This document shows, one piece after another, positions 1 to 11,194 of a stretch of DNA of 64,000 nucleotides (position 1 is the stretch's first letter; every line of letters begins with the position of its first letter). The notes under the pieces are model-generated. The model searched no databases and was not told where the DNA came from. It saw only the letters and a list, made by a program, of their open reading frames with translations. The translations under genes and the position numbers were made by a program. Origin of the DNA: Tubiluchus corallicola (taxonomy: Eukaryota > Animalia > Priapulida); assembly GCA_030141605.1 (NCBI GenBank), contig JAQGDQ010002382.1, positions 62,001 to 126,000 of the forward strand, in the 5' to 3' direction.

Positions 1-1329
1 CCACGAGAAATTCATCTACTGGTTGGTATCCCCCAAAGATGATTTTTGATTTTTATAAAAAAAAATCAAAACAGTTTACCTTGTTCTTGTGTTTCGCTTA
101 ATCTATCCATTATTTCTACGTTATCTGTCTGTAACAAAATGCAGAAGTTGAGCAACCTCGAACCTGGTTTTGCGTTTGAATGGGTGACTGCCCAGGACTT
201 GTAAATTATGTCATATTTAAAAGGCAATATACTTGAGCACGGTATTTCCACCTCCCTGATACTTTACAATTTCATGTGATATTTTTATTTATACTTTGCA
301 TTACAATACTAGAAATATTTGCTGTTCATGTACATCATTTCTATGTTAACTCGTCTTAAGAAACTGCTAATGTCTACGGCCATATCACATTGAATACACC
401 GGTTCTCGTCTGATCACCGAAGTTAAGCAATGTAGAGCGTGGTTAGTACTTGGATGGGTGACCGCCTAGGAATACCACGTGCTGTAGTCTTTTTAGTGAT
501 TGACAATTATCTAGCGAAGTGTGTGCACAACACGAACACTTTAGATTGTCTTTGATTTTTGGAAGTTGAAGTGGTGGAAATAAATGTCTGTCTCGACCTT
601 ACGTTGATTTTTATTTTTTTGCATTTTAATGTGAAAAACTATCTATTTGTTACGTTTCTCGAATGTTACACAAGGTAAGGAAAAATGAAAATAAACTAGA
701 AAATCAGCCACTGCCCTTCAAAAATGATTTTTGATTTTCATAAAAAATCAAAACAGGTACTTTGTTATGCTTGGAAATCGTAGTAATCGTAGTATGCGTA
801 GAAAATCAGCCACTGCCCTTCAAAACTGATTTTTGATTTTCATAAAAAATCAAAACAGGTACTTTGTTACTACGTTCACCGTAATCTATCTACTGTTTCT
901 ATATTATCTCTTTTTAACGAAATGCAGAAGTTAAGCAACCTCGAACCTGGTTTGGTTTTGCGTTTGAATGGGTGACTGCCCGGCGACTGCTGATGCTGGT
1001 AACTTCTTAACTTGGTGCTTAGACTTTTTTAAATGGTCAGGAAGGGTGATGAAAAATGCTGTAAGATCTTCTTCACCACTCAAAAATGGATTTTTGTTCT
1101 GACAAATATTTTTAAATGAAGAATATTTTTGCTTGTTCATGCTTGATCATTCTCATGTTTAATTATGTCATATTTAGAAGGTAATATACTTGAGCTCGGT
1201 ATTTCAACCTCCCTGATACTTTATAATTTCATGTTATATTTTTATTTATACTTTGCATTACAATACTAAAAAGGTTTGCTTGTTCATGTACATCATTTCT
1301 ATGTTAACTCGTCTTAAGAAACTCCTAAT
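1..1329 (+). repeat. 5S rDNA tandem units with non-transcribed spacer (period about 958 bp)
   Basis: 5S starts at 372 and 1330 are preceded by the same spacer sequence, which recurs at 9725-10369 and 10490-11190. Internal ~70-bp duplication at about 697-767 and 799-869. Confidence 0.9.
372..491 (+). rRNA. 5S rRNA gene (array type), full length
   Basis: GTCTACGGCCATATCACATTGAATACACCGGTTCTCGTCTGATCACCGAAGTTAAGC...GTACTTGGATGGGTGACCGCCTAGGAATACCACGTGCTGTAGTC followed by a T-run Pol III terminator. Boxes A and C intact; one helix I mismatch (GTAGTC instead of GTAGAC). Confidence 0.95.
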
Positions 1330-1394
1330 GTCTACGGCCATATCACATTGAATACACCAGTAATCGTCTGATCACCGAAGTTAAGCAATGTAGA
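1330..1394 (+). pseudogene. 5S rRNA gene truncated after box A
   Basis: Matches 5S nt 1-65 (to AAGCAATGTAGA), then switches abruptly into the 17-bp minisatellite. Confidence 0.92.
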
Positions 1395-2165
1395 CTATTG
1401 TCTACAGTGCACTCTTGTCTACAGTGCACTCTTGTCTACTGTGCACTATTGTCTACAGTGCACCCTTGTCTACAGTGTACTCTTGTCTACAGTGCACTAT
1501 TGTCTACAGTGCACTATTGTCTACAGTGCACTCTTGTCTACTGTGCACTCTTGTCTACTGTGCACTATTGTCTACAGTGCACTATTGTCTACTGTGCACT
1601 ATTGTCTACAGTGCACTCTTGTCTACTGTGCACTCTTGTCTACTGTGCACTATTGTCTACTGTGCACTATTGTCTACTGTGCACTATTGTCTACAGTGCA
1701 CTCTTGTCTACTGTGCACTCTTGTCTACTGTGCACTATTGTCTACTGTGCACTATTGTCTACAGTGAACTCTTGTCTACTGTGCACTATTGTCTACAGTG
1801 CACTCTTGTCTACTGTGCACTCTTGTCTACTGTGCACTATTGTCTACTGTGCACTATTGTCTACAGTGAACTCTTGTCTACTGTGCACTATTGTCTACCG
1901 TGCACTATTGTCTACCATGCACTATTGTCTACTGTGCACTATTGTCTACTGTGCACTCTTGTCTACAGTGAACTCTTGTCTACTGTGCACTATTGTCTAC
2001 AGTGCACTCTTGTCTACTGTGCACTCTTGTCTACTGTGCACTATTGTCTACTGTGCACTATTGTCTACAGTGAACTCTTGTCTACTGTGCACTATTGTCT
2101 ACCGTGCACTATTGTCTACCGTGCACTATTGTCTACAGTGCACTATTGTCTACTGTGCACTATTG
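1394..2165. repeat. 17-bp minisatellite (ACTMTTGTCTACWGTGC)n, about 45 copies
   Basis: Direct reading of tandem units; explains the three overlapping repetitive Cys/Leu ORFs. Confidence 0.97.
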
Positions 2166-2169
2166 AGCT

Positions 2170-3400
2170 TTAAAACCAAGACTTCGTATACTTAAAAGTA
2201 AAAGGTCATTTACTGCCATTGTCAGCAAAAACAATGGAGAAAAATCGTGGCATGGATTTTTTGCAAAAAATTACGGATTCATGCAACCAAAGTCCACTGC
2301 AAGATGCTGCAGACTTCGACGAATTATCAGCAGCTCAGAAAATTACACAGAAAAAAGCTTAGAATCAATGCGATTAGCTGCATTAAAGACCTTCGGTTAC
2401 ACCAAGAGACTTAGCTAATTAACTTCAGTAATTGCTATAATGTAGTTGCTTTGTGACATATGCTGTGATTACAATCCCACATATTCGCCTGTTTTTCCAT
2501 TACTTCCTTGTATAATTGTTGTCTGATAAACAGTTTCTCTGTCTGTTCTTTGTTCTCTGCTTGATTGGTTGGTTGGGTGGCATACTAGCTGTCAGACATT
2601 GGTTGATTGGTTGTTTGGTGAGTAAGTCGGTTGTTCAGACAACCGATTGGTTGGTTGACTGATTGAGAAGTAGGTGTAGTTCTGAATGTGCTTGTCGTGT
2701 TGTACACTGGATGCATGTCTCCTAGCTTGCTTACTTGGAAAGCTTTTTAGGTGCTTTGCAGAGTAGTGAGTTGATTGTGTGTTTTCTTTTATTTGACTGA
2801 TTAATTTTCAAGTTTAATTTGTTTCCATGACACTTTCGCGTTAACTGTATTTTGCCGCTTGATATTGTTGGGATATTTCTCAGATATAAGGCATTACATG
2901 TGTTCCATTAATGTAATTAGTCAATTGTGTTCGTGATTTCGCTCTTTGTCCCTTGTATAGCTGTTTTCCATGTAACAGATTTCTGTGTATTATCTGGTCT
3001 TCAATATAAAAATCATGTACGTCTTTATGTTATTACTTTGTAAGCTTTGTACCTTTACTAAATTTAGCTGCTTATGTTTGCATTTGCATACAAACCTTAG
3101 TTCACATTTTTATAGTTATTTGTGCTATTTGTACTTTACTTTTCATTAATTTCTATTAACTGTAGAACTTATTGTTAATATATTATAATGTTAATATAAT
3201 ATAACAATTATCATATTGACAATTTTGCTGTTCTTTTTTACAAAAATTTATTTCTCACAAAGAAGAGTTTCAGAATTATACACAACCGATTTAGATTTCT
3301 ATTTTTAACGTCTCATGATAAACGTGCAGCGATTAACTTTTAATTTATTTTCTTTGTATGGAGAATCCTCAAAACGACTCGAATCGAAACAAGGGAATAT
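2170..3400 (+). mobile_element. possible decayed Penelope-like element remnant
   Basis: Weak: SLESMRLAALKTFGY resembles the C-terminus of Penelope GIY-YIG endonucleases; followed by TTGG/GATT-rich sequence similar in style to 17300-18100. Confidence 0.2.
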
Positions 3401-3660
3401 TTTACCTTCACATACAGATATAGTAAAGATAACTTAGACTAGCATTTACATCTTTTACATTAGAAAAACATTGAAAAGGCAGTCTGAAATATAACAGCTA
3501 CAAGTGGATCTGAAACAAACGTGGATATATCAAGGAGAAGTGGATCTACGTCAAGCACGGATGGACTCCGGATCTGTTGAAGAACTATTCTACTGTCCAT
3601 AACTGTAGAAGTATTGTAAAAAGAATGTTCAATCTATGTTCAACTTGGGAATCACAGGAT

Positions 3661-4612
3661 TTACCAGAAACCACCACCGTATCCACGGCCATAAGATACA
3701 CGTCCGTAGCCACCAAGTCCACCGTATCCACGTCCGTAGTAACCACGGCCATATCCACCATATCCACCAAATCCACCATATCCACGTCCGTAGTAACCAC
3801 CGCCATATCCACCAAATCCACCGTATCCACTTCCATATCCGTAACCTAATCCACGTCCATAGCCAAGGCCACGTCCATAGCCCAAGCCTCGTCCGTAGCT
3901 GCCACCATAAAATCCGCTGGCACTGACTACAGCAACCTACAAATGTATTATCAATGAAACTGTTGTACAAATGAACTTATCAATGAAACTGTTGTACACG
4001 TGAACTTATCAATGAAACTGTTGTACAAATGAACTATCAATGAAACTGTTGTACAAATGAACTATCAATGAAACTGTTGTACAAATGTACTTATCAATGA
4101 AACTGTTGTACAAATAAACTTATCAATGAAACTGTTGTACAAATGTACTTATCAATGAAACTGTTGTACAAATAAACTTATCAATGAAACTGTTGTACAA
4201 ATGAACTATCAATGAAACTGTTGTACAAATGTACTTATCAATGAAACTGTTGTACAAATGAACTTATCAATGAAACTGTTGTACAAATGAACTTATCAAT
4301 GAAACTGTTGTACAAATGTATTATCAATGAAACTGTTATACAAATAAAAACTTCTTGTTCTTTTAACTTCTTTTGTCTCCAAATGTAATTAAATAGTTTG
4401 ACTGAAATGTTGTTGGCTAACACAAACCAATGCCAAGTACATGTGTCGACGTACTTTGATTGATGCAGTAAAGGCTACGTTGTATTAAATAGAAACGTGA
4501 ATGTAAATTAACTAGGTGTGGTACTCGAACATGAACAATTGGCTAAATTGTGAAATTCCGTCCATAGACGACTTACCAAAACGGCAAGGAGGAAAGCTAG
4601 AGTGATCTTCAT
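3661..4612 (-). CDS. secreted Gly/Tyr/Arg-rich small protein, 103 aa
   Basis: Coding exons 4612-4577 (MKITLAFLLAVL, donor GTAAGT) and 3936-3661 (acceptor TTTGTAG; VAVVSASGFYGGSYGRGLGYGRG...YGGGFW*), joined in phase 0. Signal peptide. Probable non-coding exon at about 5497-5449 (donor GTAAGT) with TATTTAA at about 5525-5531. Confidence 0.88.
3938..4345. repeat. 28-29-bp minisatellite (TACAAATGAACTTATCAATGAAACTGTTG)n, about 14 copies
   Basis: Tandem units without unique spacers; abuts the acceptor of the Gly-rich exon. Confidence 0.95.
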
Positions 4613-5889
4613 TTTCCTAACAAGAAAAAATATTTAATTAACAAACTAGAACTTGAATGGGCATTCGATAAAAAATCAATAATTGTCATTTTCCAAATTA
4701 TTTTAGCATAAAACTGACAATGCTCTAATGATCAATGTTGTTTGGTGAAGAGACTGCAATCAAAAGTGATGAAAACTCACCTAATGCTGATCAAGGGTTA
4801 AATAAAGTGTTTGATACATGTATTAGTACAACATGTATTATACTAAATTTCGCAAAAAAGAAGACAATTAGTCAGTTTGTGCTAAATTTCTTTGGTAGCC
4901 AAAGTTAAGCAGTCGCAAAAAGACTGTGAAGCATCAATGAACGCCTGGATTAAGTTTAGATTATGCCGGTTTAGTAGCGGAAACCGTTTAAAACAGAATT
5001 TTGATACGTTCAATATTTTGATGGCTTAGAGGTAAACGTATTATGTAAAATTTGCAATAAATTAAGACATTTGTGCTAAATTTCCTTCTTAGCAAAAATT
5101 AAACAAACTCGAAAAGCTAAAAGAGACAAAAACGGGGATAGGTATGTACATTTTACGTTTTCAAACAGTTTCCCTTACTGACTCGTACGTTTCAAAATGT
5201 AAAATAATTTCGTCTCAATCTTGCTACTCCTATATTGTAGATAAAGTTTGTCGTAAATGTTAAGATAAAACGAAACATCTTGTAAGTTTACTCTTCAAAA
5301 AATACCACTGAATGTATTACCAAGAAATCTTTCAAACATTTTAAAAAAAGTTGCCGTTTGTAACGATAAAAAACGCAGTTCGTAAGATGACTAGGTCATA
5401 TACTAAAACTTCAAAATGCTTACTTTAGTAATAGTAAAAAATACTTACAATTATAAGTTGAGTTGAGATTCGTGTGGTACCACAGACGACAGGCGTATGG
5501 TAGCAACACCGGTCTCATCACGCCTTAAATACTTCCATCGGCTGGTGACCATGAGAGTCAAGCTCTTAATCACAGATACCTGAAGTCAGCAGCAGCAGTA
5601 GCAGCCGGATTTTTAACGAACAACCTTCTGTCACCCATCAAAATAAAAGTGTTGTTTTCTGTCCTGAGAGACCGCGCATGTAATTTAAAGCCCTAGCAAG
5701 GCAGTTACTGAATATGAAACAAACAGAAAAACAATGACGTCTCTGTGCATTACCAGTGTAAATTAACGTTAGTGGAAGGTTGGAAAAACGCCTTTTATTT
5801 GAATGCATGTGTTTTGTTGATACTGATAATTATTTTCCCTAAAAAAACTTGAAGGGTACAGGGGGTAAGTGATTTGTAGTTAATTGTGC

Positions 5890-7045
5890 TCAACAGAAAA
5901 TTGGAGACATAGTTTAGACAACAAGCAATACATTTTAGCGGCATTTTTGGATTTAAGTAAAGCATTCGATAGCATTAACGCTCGAACTACTTTACGATAA
6001 CTTAAAACAAATCAGATTTTATTCGATATCGTTAAAACTGATAGAAAATCATCTCAAAGATGGACAAGAACGAGTAATGATACAACCAACTTTTCTGACT
6101 GGGCAACGTTAAACAGACGTATACCGCAAGGAACACTACTACTTTATTATTTTGCCTATATATAAACAACATATCCAGTGTATTACAACACTCACAAATA
6201 ACGCTGATGACACTACAATCTACATAGCCCATGAAAATATCCAAACTGCAAAAATTTATTTAGAAAAAGATATAAAAAATATAAATACGGCATTTAGTCA
6301 TTACAAGCTAAATATGAATAATGACAAAACATAAACCATGATACTGTCACCCTCATTAAATACTAATGATGCATCATCAACCACTTTGACAATAGATAAT
6401 GCTGTAATCAAACAAACTAATAATGATAAATTTCTGGGCATACAGGTAGACAATAATCTTTCACGGGATGACACTTTAATAACATATACACAAAAATGGC
6501 ATCAAGCACATCATATCTCCGACAAGTTAAAGGGCAGCTAATAAAGGAAACTAAGTCACTAATATATAAAACTTTAGTTCTACCACACTTCTTATATGGA
6601 TGTACGCTACTTCAAAAAACCAAAAGAGAAAATTACTTAAAATTAAATCTCCTTCAGAACTATGTGTTGAGATTAATAGCTGGGTACTCATACAAACGTA
6701 AGGCAGGTAGACAAAAATTTAAAGCTTCAACAACTAACCTGAGAAAAACGTAAAAATTCCCAATCATTGAAGCACACAAAGAATATTTTACTCTGCTTTT
6801 TACATTTAAATACATTAACAACATCAGCAAACCATTCCGGAATAACAGATTTACCTTTTTTCCAAGTCTAATCGTTAATTCCAGAACAAGCAATCTAAAA
6901 CAAATTAGGACAAATACCCACTATGGAACGAACTCTGTAATCAAACAAGCAATTCTACTTTGGAATTCTCTACCATTACAGGTTAAACAAATCAAGTCCC
7001 TATCAGCATTTAAAACAAAATTAAAATAACTAATATTAACCTAAT
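5890..7045 (+). mobile_element. decayed non-LTR retrotransposon (CR1/L2-group) RT and 3' region
   Basis: Motifs AFLDLSKAFDSIN, IPQGTLL, ADDTTIY, KFLGIQVD, IYKTLVLPHFLYG and LWNSLP in shifting frames with stops. Confidence 0.85.
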
Positions 7046-7259
7046 ATGAAATATCATCACACCAGTACGACAACATACACACTAATTCAGAATTTATATA
7101 TCCACGGCCATATTAATTAAATCATACTTTTTTCGTTTTTTGTTCATAGTTGTAAATATGCTTGATTTTATTCGTCATTACTGCACAGTAAGTTTAGCAG
7201 TGTAAGTTTTTATTAACTAACACTGATTGATCATCTCTGTAAAGTTACTCTTACTTTAC

Positions 7260-7378
7260 CTCACTCACTCACTCACTCACTCACTCACTCACTCACTCAC
7301 TCACTCACTCACTCACTCACTCACTCACTCACTCACTCACTCACTCACTCACTCACTCACTCACTCACTCACTCACTT
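7260..7378. repeat. (ACTC)n microsatellite forming the 3' tail of the inverted 5S copy
   Basis: Direct reading. Confidence 0.97.
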
Positions 7379-7380
7379 AC

Positions 7381-7490
7381 TCCTGCAGCACCTGGTATTC
7401 CTTGTTGGTCCCCCATCCAAGTACTAACCCCCCTCTTCGTTGCTTAACTTCGGTGATCAGAAGAGAACCGGTGTCTTCAACGTGATTTGA
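7381..7490 (-). pseudogene. 5S rRNA pseudogene (second sequence type)
   Basis: Reverse complement CAAATCACGTTGAAGACACCGGTTCTCTTCTGATCACCGAAGTTAAGCAACG...GTACTTGGATGGGGGACC...GGAATACCAGGTGCTGCAG; lacks the first ~8 nt and the T-run. Confidence 0.9.
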
Positions 7491-7612
7491 ACCTAGTATT
7501 CCTTGTCGGTCACCCATCCAAGTACTAACCCGCCTCTTCGTTGCTTAACTTCGGTGATCAGACGAGAACCCTTGTCATCAACCTGTTTTGAACAACCGGT
7601 ATTTTCAACGCC
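7491..7612 (-). pseudogene. second head-to-tail 5S pseudogene plus a short 5' fragment
   Basis: Reverse complement GGTTCTCGTCTGATCACCGAAGTTAAGCAACG...GTACTTGGATGGGTGACCGACAAGGAATAC; truncated at both ends. Confidence 0.88.
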
Positions 7613-7890
7613 GTAATTGTGTATAAGCAGATGCGCGTGATATACAAGAATTGCAAACTTGCTACATAGGAACATGTACTAATGCGTATAAATTGTCCTC
7701 AAATACCAGTAAAATCCACACTAAGTTTCGTTTATTAACAATCAGTATGCAAATCAGTAACAACAGTATACAAACATGTTTAATATTAGCCTATATCGAT
7801 TCGATTTTTTTACTTTTTCAAGAACGGAAGTGAACGAGTTAAAAAAAGACAAAAATTCGGATTTCCGTGATAAGTAATCTAGCTTGTCGC

Positions 7891-8114
7891 CTAGAATTCA
7901 CAAATATACGGAAATTTTGCTGTATCACACGAGAAGTCATTCCACGTGTTCCCATTTGCCCGCAAGATGGCGCAGCTTTCGCCATCGCCGTAATTTTCTG
8001 GTTGGCCATCTGCTACATCCCAAGAAGTAAAAAGGGCAGGTCGACCTGTTGCAAACCACCTCCAGTCACCCTCCTCGTGTATGTCCATTAAACCAATCCA
8101 AAAATGCTCACCAG
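7891..8114 (-). CDS. terminal exon of a C-type lectin domain (upstream exons not found)
   Basis: Acceptor TTTTTAATAAAG, then GEHFWIGLMDIHEEGDWRW...WDVADGQPEN...ESCAILRANGNTWNDFSCDTAKFPYICEF*: WIGL, QPE, WND and YICE hallmarks. Confidence 0.88.
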
Positions 8115-8709
8115 CTTTATTAAAAACAAAATATAATTAATATTAAATTTGGTTATTTACCATTATATTTTCATATAATATAACAGTTATTTAACTTTTA
8201 TACATTCCTCGGCAATTATAACGTACTTTACCACTCCCATGAAACACTAAAATAACAAATATTACCAGTGATTTTTTTGAAATTTTTTTGCTCAAACAGC
8301 CTGCAGAAAAAAACGTTCTGACGGCACCTGGTGGGACTCTCGAAGGGAGATATACAGCTCTTTAGAAAGGGGAAGAACAGGGCTATACGATGATGTGGGC
8401 TATATTAGGACACGTCCATCAAGAGCAGTGACGACGACTTAATTAGATGTTCTATTTTTGGCAATTTTCGCTTGGAAAACTGCTGACGCAAAGCCATTGT
8501 TGTGACGTCATCCATTATACTCTGCCTGTAACTTTAATTCAGTAAAAGCTTCTGGCTTTGCGTTAGATAAACAGACAAACACTAGGTAGAATGTTTGCGC
8601 ATATTTGATTATGAGTGGATTTATAAGCAAAATTTTTTTGCGGGGCCTTTGCTAGTTTGTTTATTAATTCACTCAATCGTTTATTCACACACAATCATTC
8701 ATTCATTTA

Positions 8710-8895
8710 TTCAGTTAGTCAGTCAGTCAGTCAGTCAGTCAGTCAGTCAGTCAGTCAGTCAGTCAGTCAGTCAGTCAGTCAGTCAGTCAGTCAGTCAGTC
8801 ATTCGGTCGGTCGGTCGGTCGGTCGGTCGGTCGGTCAGTCGGTCGGTCGGTCAGTCAGTCAGTCAGTCAGTCAGTCATTCGTTCACTCATTCAGT
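8710..8895. repeat. (AGTC)n/(GGTC)n compound microsatellite
   Basis: Direct reading. Confidence 0.95.
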
Positions 8896-9602
8896 AAATA
8901 ATTTAAAAAACTTACAATTACTTATTTATTTGTGTGATTTATCTGCAGACAATTAAGACAAAATCAATATTCAAGCTACGAAGAAATAAAAACACAAATA
9001 GATAAACAGACAAAATGACACAAAACATACAAATAGTGTAATCTTCAAGAATCACGAAATTGTAATGTGACATGCAATGACATAATCGATGAAAAGTTGA
9101 TCCAAGTTACTCCAAGGTCTTGCATAACCTCACATTTGGTCACTCACTAGCGGAGACGAAAGGTATGCATCTGAGAAATAATGGGTAAAAGCCCAAGGAG
9201 TCAAATCAAATATTGCAAACTGCAGCAATTATCATTTTGAATTTGCCAATGATTGCTTGATTTACTATAATAGTTATTTCAGTTGAGAGCTTTACAAGTT
9301 GTACAAGATGTACTCAAAAACTAATCACGTACAGTCAAGATGTACACGCTACAGAATCTCCTAGTAAGACTGCTATTCGTTGTTAATTATTACTAGTAAA
9401 TTAGTTAATTCCAGTTCTTATCGGTTTAGCATGTCCCATTAACTTGGAAAATGGTCAAACGTAACACATTTCTCATTTGTATTTTTCTCATAGGAATATA
9501 TGATGGCAGCGAAGACAACTCTCTAATCCAATGCTGTTTTATCGTACACCTGGTTTTACTAGATTATGAATACTATAAATACTACTTGTGCTGTGCCGAG
9601 CA

Positions 9603-9724
9603 AGCTACAGCCAAATCACGTTGAAAACACCGGTTTTCGTCTGATCCCCAAAGTTAAGTAATGTAGAGACCCTGGTTAGTACTTGGATGGGTGACCGCCT
9701 AGGAATACTACGTGCTGTTGACTT
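9603..9724 (+). pseudogene. diverged, probably chimeric 5S copy
   Basis: Full-length 5S alignment with many substitutions (AGCTACAGCC start, box A AGTTAAGTA, GCTGTTGAC end), a T-run terminator and the array spacer downstream. Confidence 0.88.
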
Positions 9725-10369
9725 TTTTGCTAGTGCCTATTAACTATTGAAGTGTGTGCACAACACGACCATTTCATTTTTGCAGAATTGTTTCTGACTT
9801 TTGGAAGTAGAAGTGATAGGAATAAGTGTCTGTCTGAACATTATTTTGATTTTTATTTGCTTTGCATTTTAATGTCTAAAACTATCTATTTGTTACGTTT
9901 CTCAAATACTACACACAAAAATTCAAAACAGATACTTTGTTACTACGTTCACCTTAATCTATCTATTATTTCTATATTATCTCTTTTAACGAAATACAGA
10001 AGTTACGCAACCTCGAACCTGGTTTGGTTTTGCGTTTGAATGGGTGACTGCCCGGGACTGACATTTTTTTAAATGGTCAGGAAGGCTGATGACAAAAGCT
10101 GTAAAATCTTCTTCAACACTCAAAAATGGATTTTTGTTCTGACTGATATTTTTAAATGAAGGATCTCTTTGCTTGTTCATGCTTGATCATTCCCATGTTT
10201 AATTATGTCATATTTAGAAGGTAATAGACTTGAGCACGGTATTTTAACATCTCTGATATTTTAGAATTTCATATGATATTTCTATTTATACTTTGCATTA
10301 AAATACTAAAAAGGTTTGTTTATTCATGTACATCATTTCTATGTTAACTCATCTTAAGAAACTGCTAAT

Positions 10370-10489
10370 GTCTACGGCCATATTACATTGAATACACCGG
10401 TTCTCGTCTGATCACCGAAGTTAAGCAATGCAGAGTGTGGTTAGTACTTGGATAGGGGACCGCCTAGGAATACCACGTGCTGTAGACTT
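10370..10489 (+). rRNA. 5S rRNA gene (array type, variant)
   Basis: Full length with paired ends GTCTAC/GTAGAC and a T7 terminator; box C reads TGGATAGGGGAC, so it may be impaired. Confidence 0.9.
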
Positions 10490-11194
10490 TTTTGCTAGAG
10501 TGATTATTAACAATCAAAGTGTGTGCACAACACGACCATATCATTTTGACAGTATTGTTTTTGATTTTTGGAAGTTGAAGTGGTGGAAATAAATGTCTGT
10601 CTCGACATTACGTTGATTTTTTTTGGCATTTTAATGTGAAAGACTATCTATTTGTTACGTTTCTCGAATATCACACAAAGTGAACAAAAATGAAAATAAA
10701 ACTAGAAAATCAGCCACTGCCCTTCAAAAATTATTTTTGATTTTCATATAAAAATTCAAAACAGATACTTTGTTCCTACGTTCACCTTAATCTATCTATT
10801 ATTTCTATATTATCTCTCTTTAACGAAATGCAGAAGTTAAGCAATCTCGAACCTGGTTTTGCGTTTGAATGGGTGACTGTCCGGGAATTCTGGTATTGCT
10901 AACTTCTTAACTTGGTGCTTAAATTTTTTTTAAATGGTCAGGAAGGGTGATGACAAATGCTGTAAAATCTTCTGCACCACTCAAAAATGGATTTTTGTTC
11001 TGACTGATATTTTTAAATGTGTATTCTTTTTGCTTGTTCATGCTTGATCATTCCCATGTTTAATTGCGTCATATTTAAAAGATAATATACTTGAGCACGG
11101 TATTTGAACCTCCCCGATACTTTATAATTTCATGTGATATTTTTATTTATACTTTGCATTACAATACTAAGAAGGTTTGCTCGTTCATGTATAA

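Noticed and set aside
1035-1102. Box C/D snoRNA-like segment in the 5S spacer (GTGATGA...CTGA) with U2-like AAATGGATTTTTG
   Set aside because: The would-be guide is a self-palindrome, there are no C'/D' boxes and no other U2 similarity, and the segment is deleted in the first unit.
1398-2195. Long Cys/Leu-rich ORFs (265 and 252 aa)
   Set aside because: Artefact of a 17-bp unit that is almost stop-free on the plus strand; all frames give the same peptide.
3577-3970. His-rich, Thr-rich and Trp-rich ORFs
   Set aside because: Alternative frames and antisense of the Gly/Tyr-rich exon.
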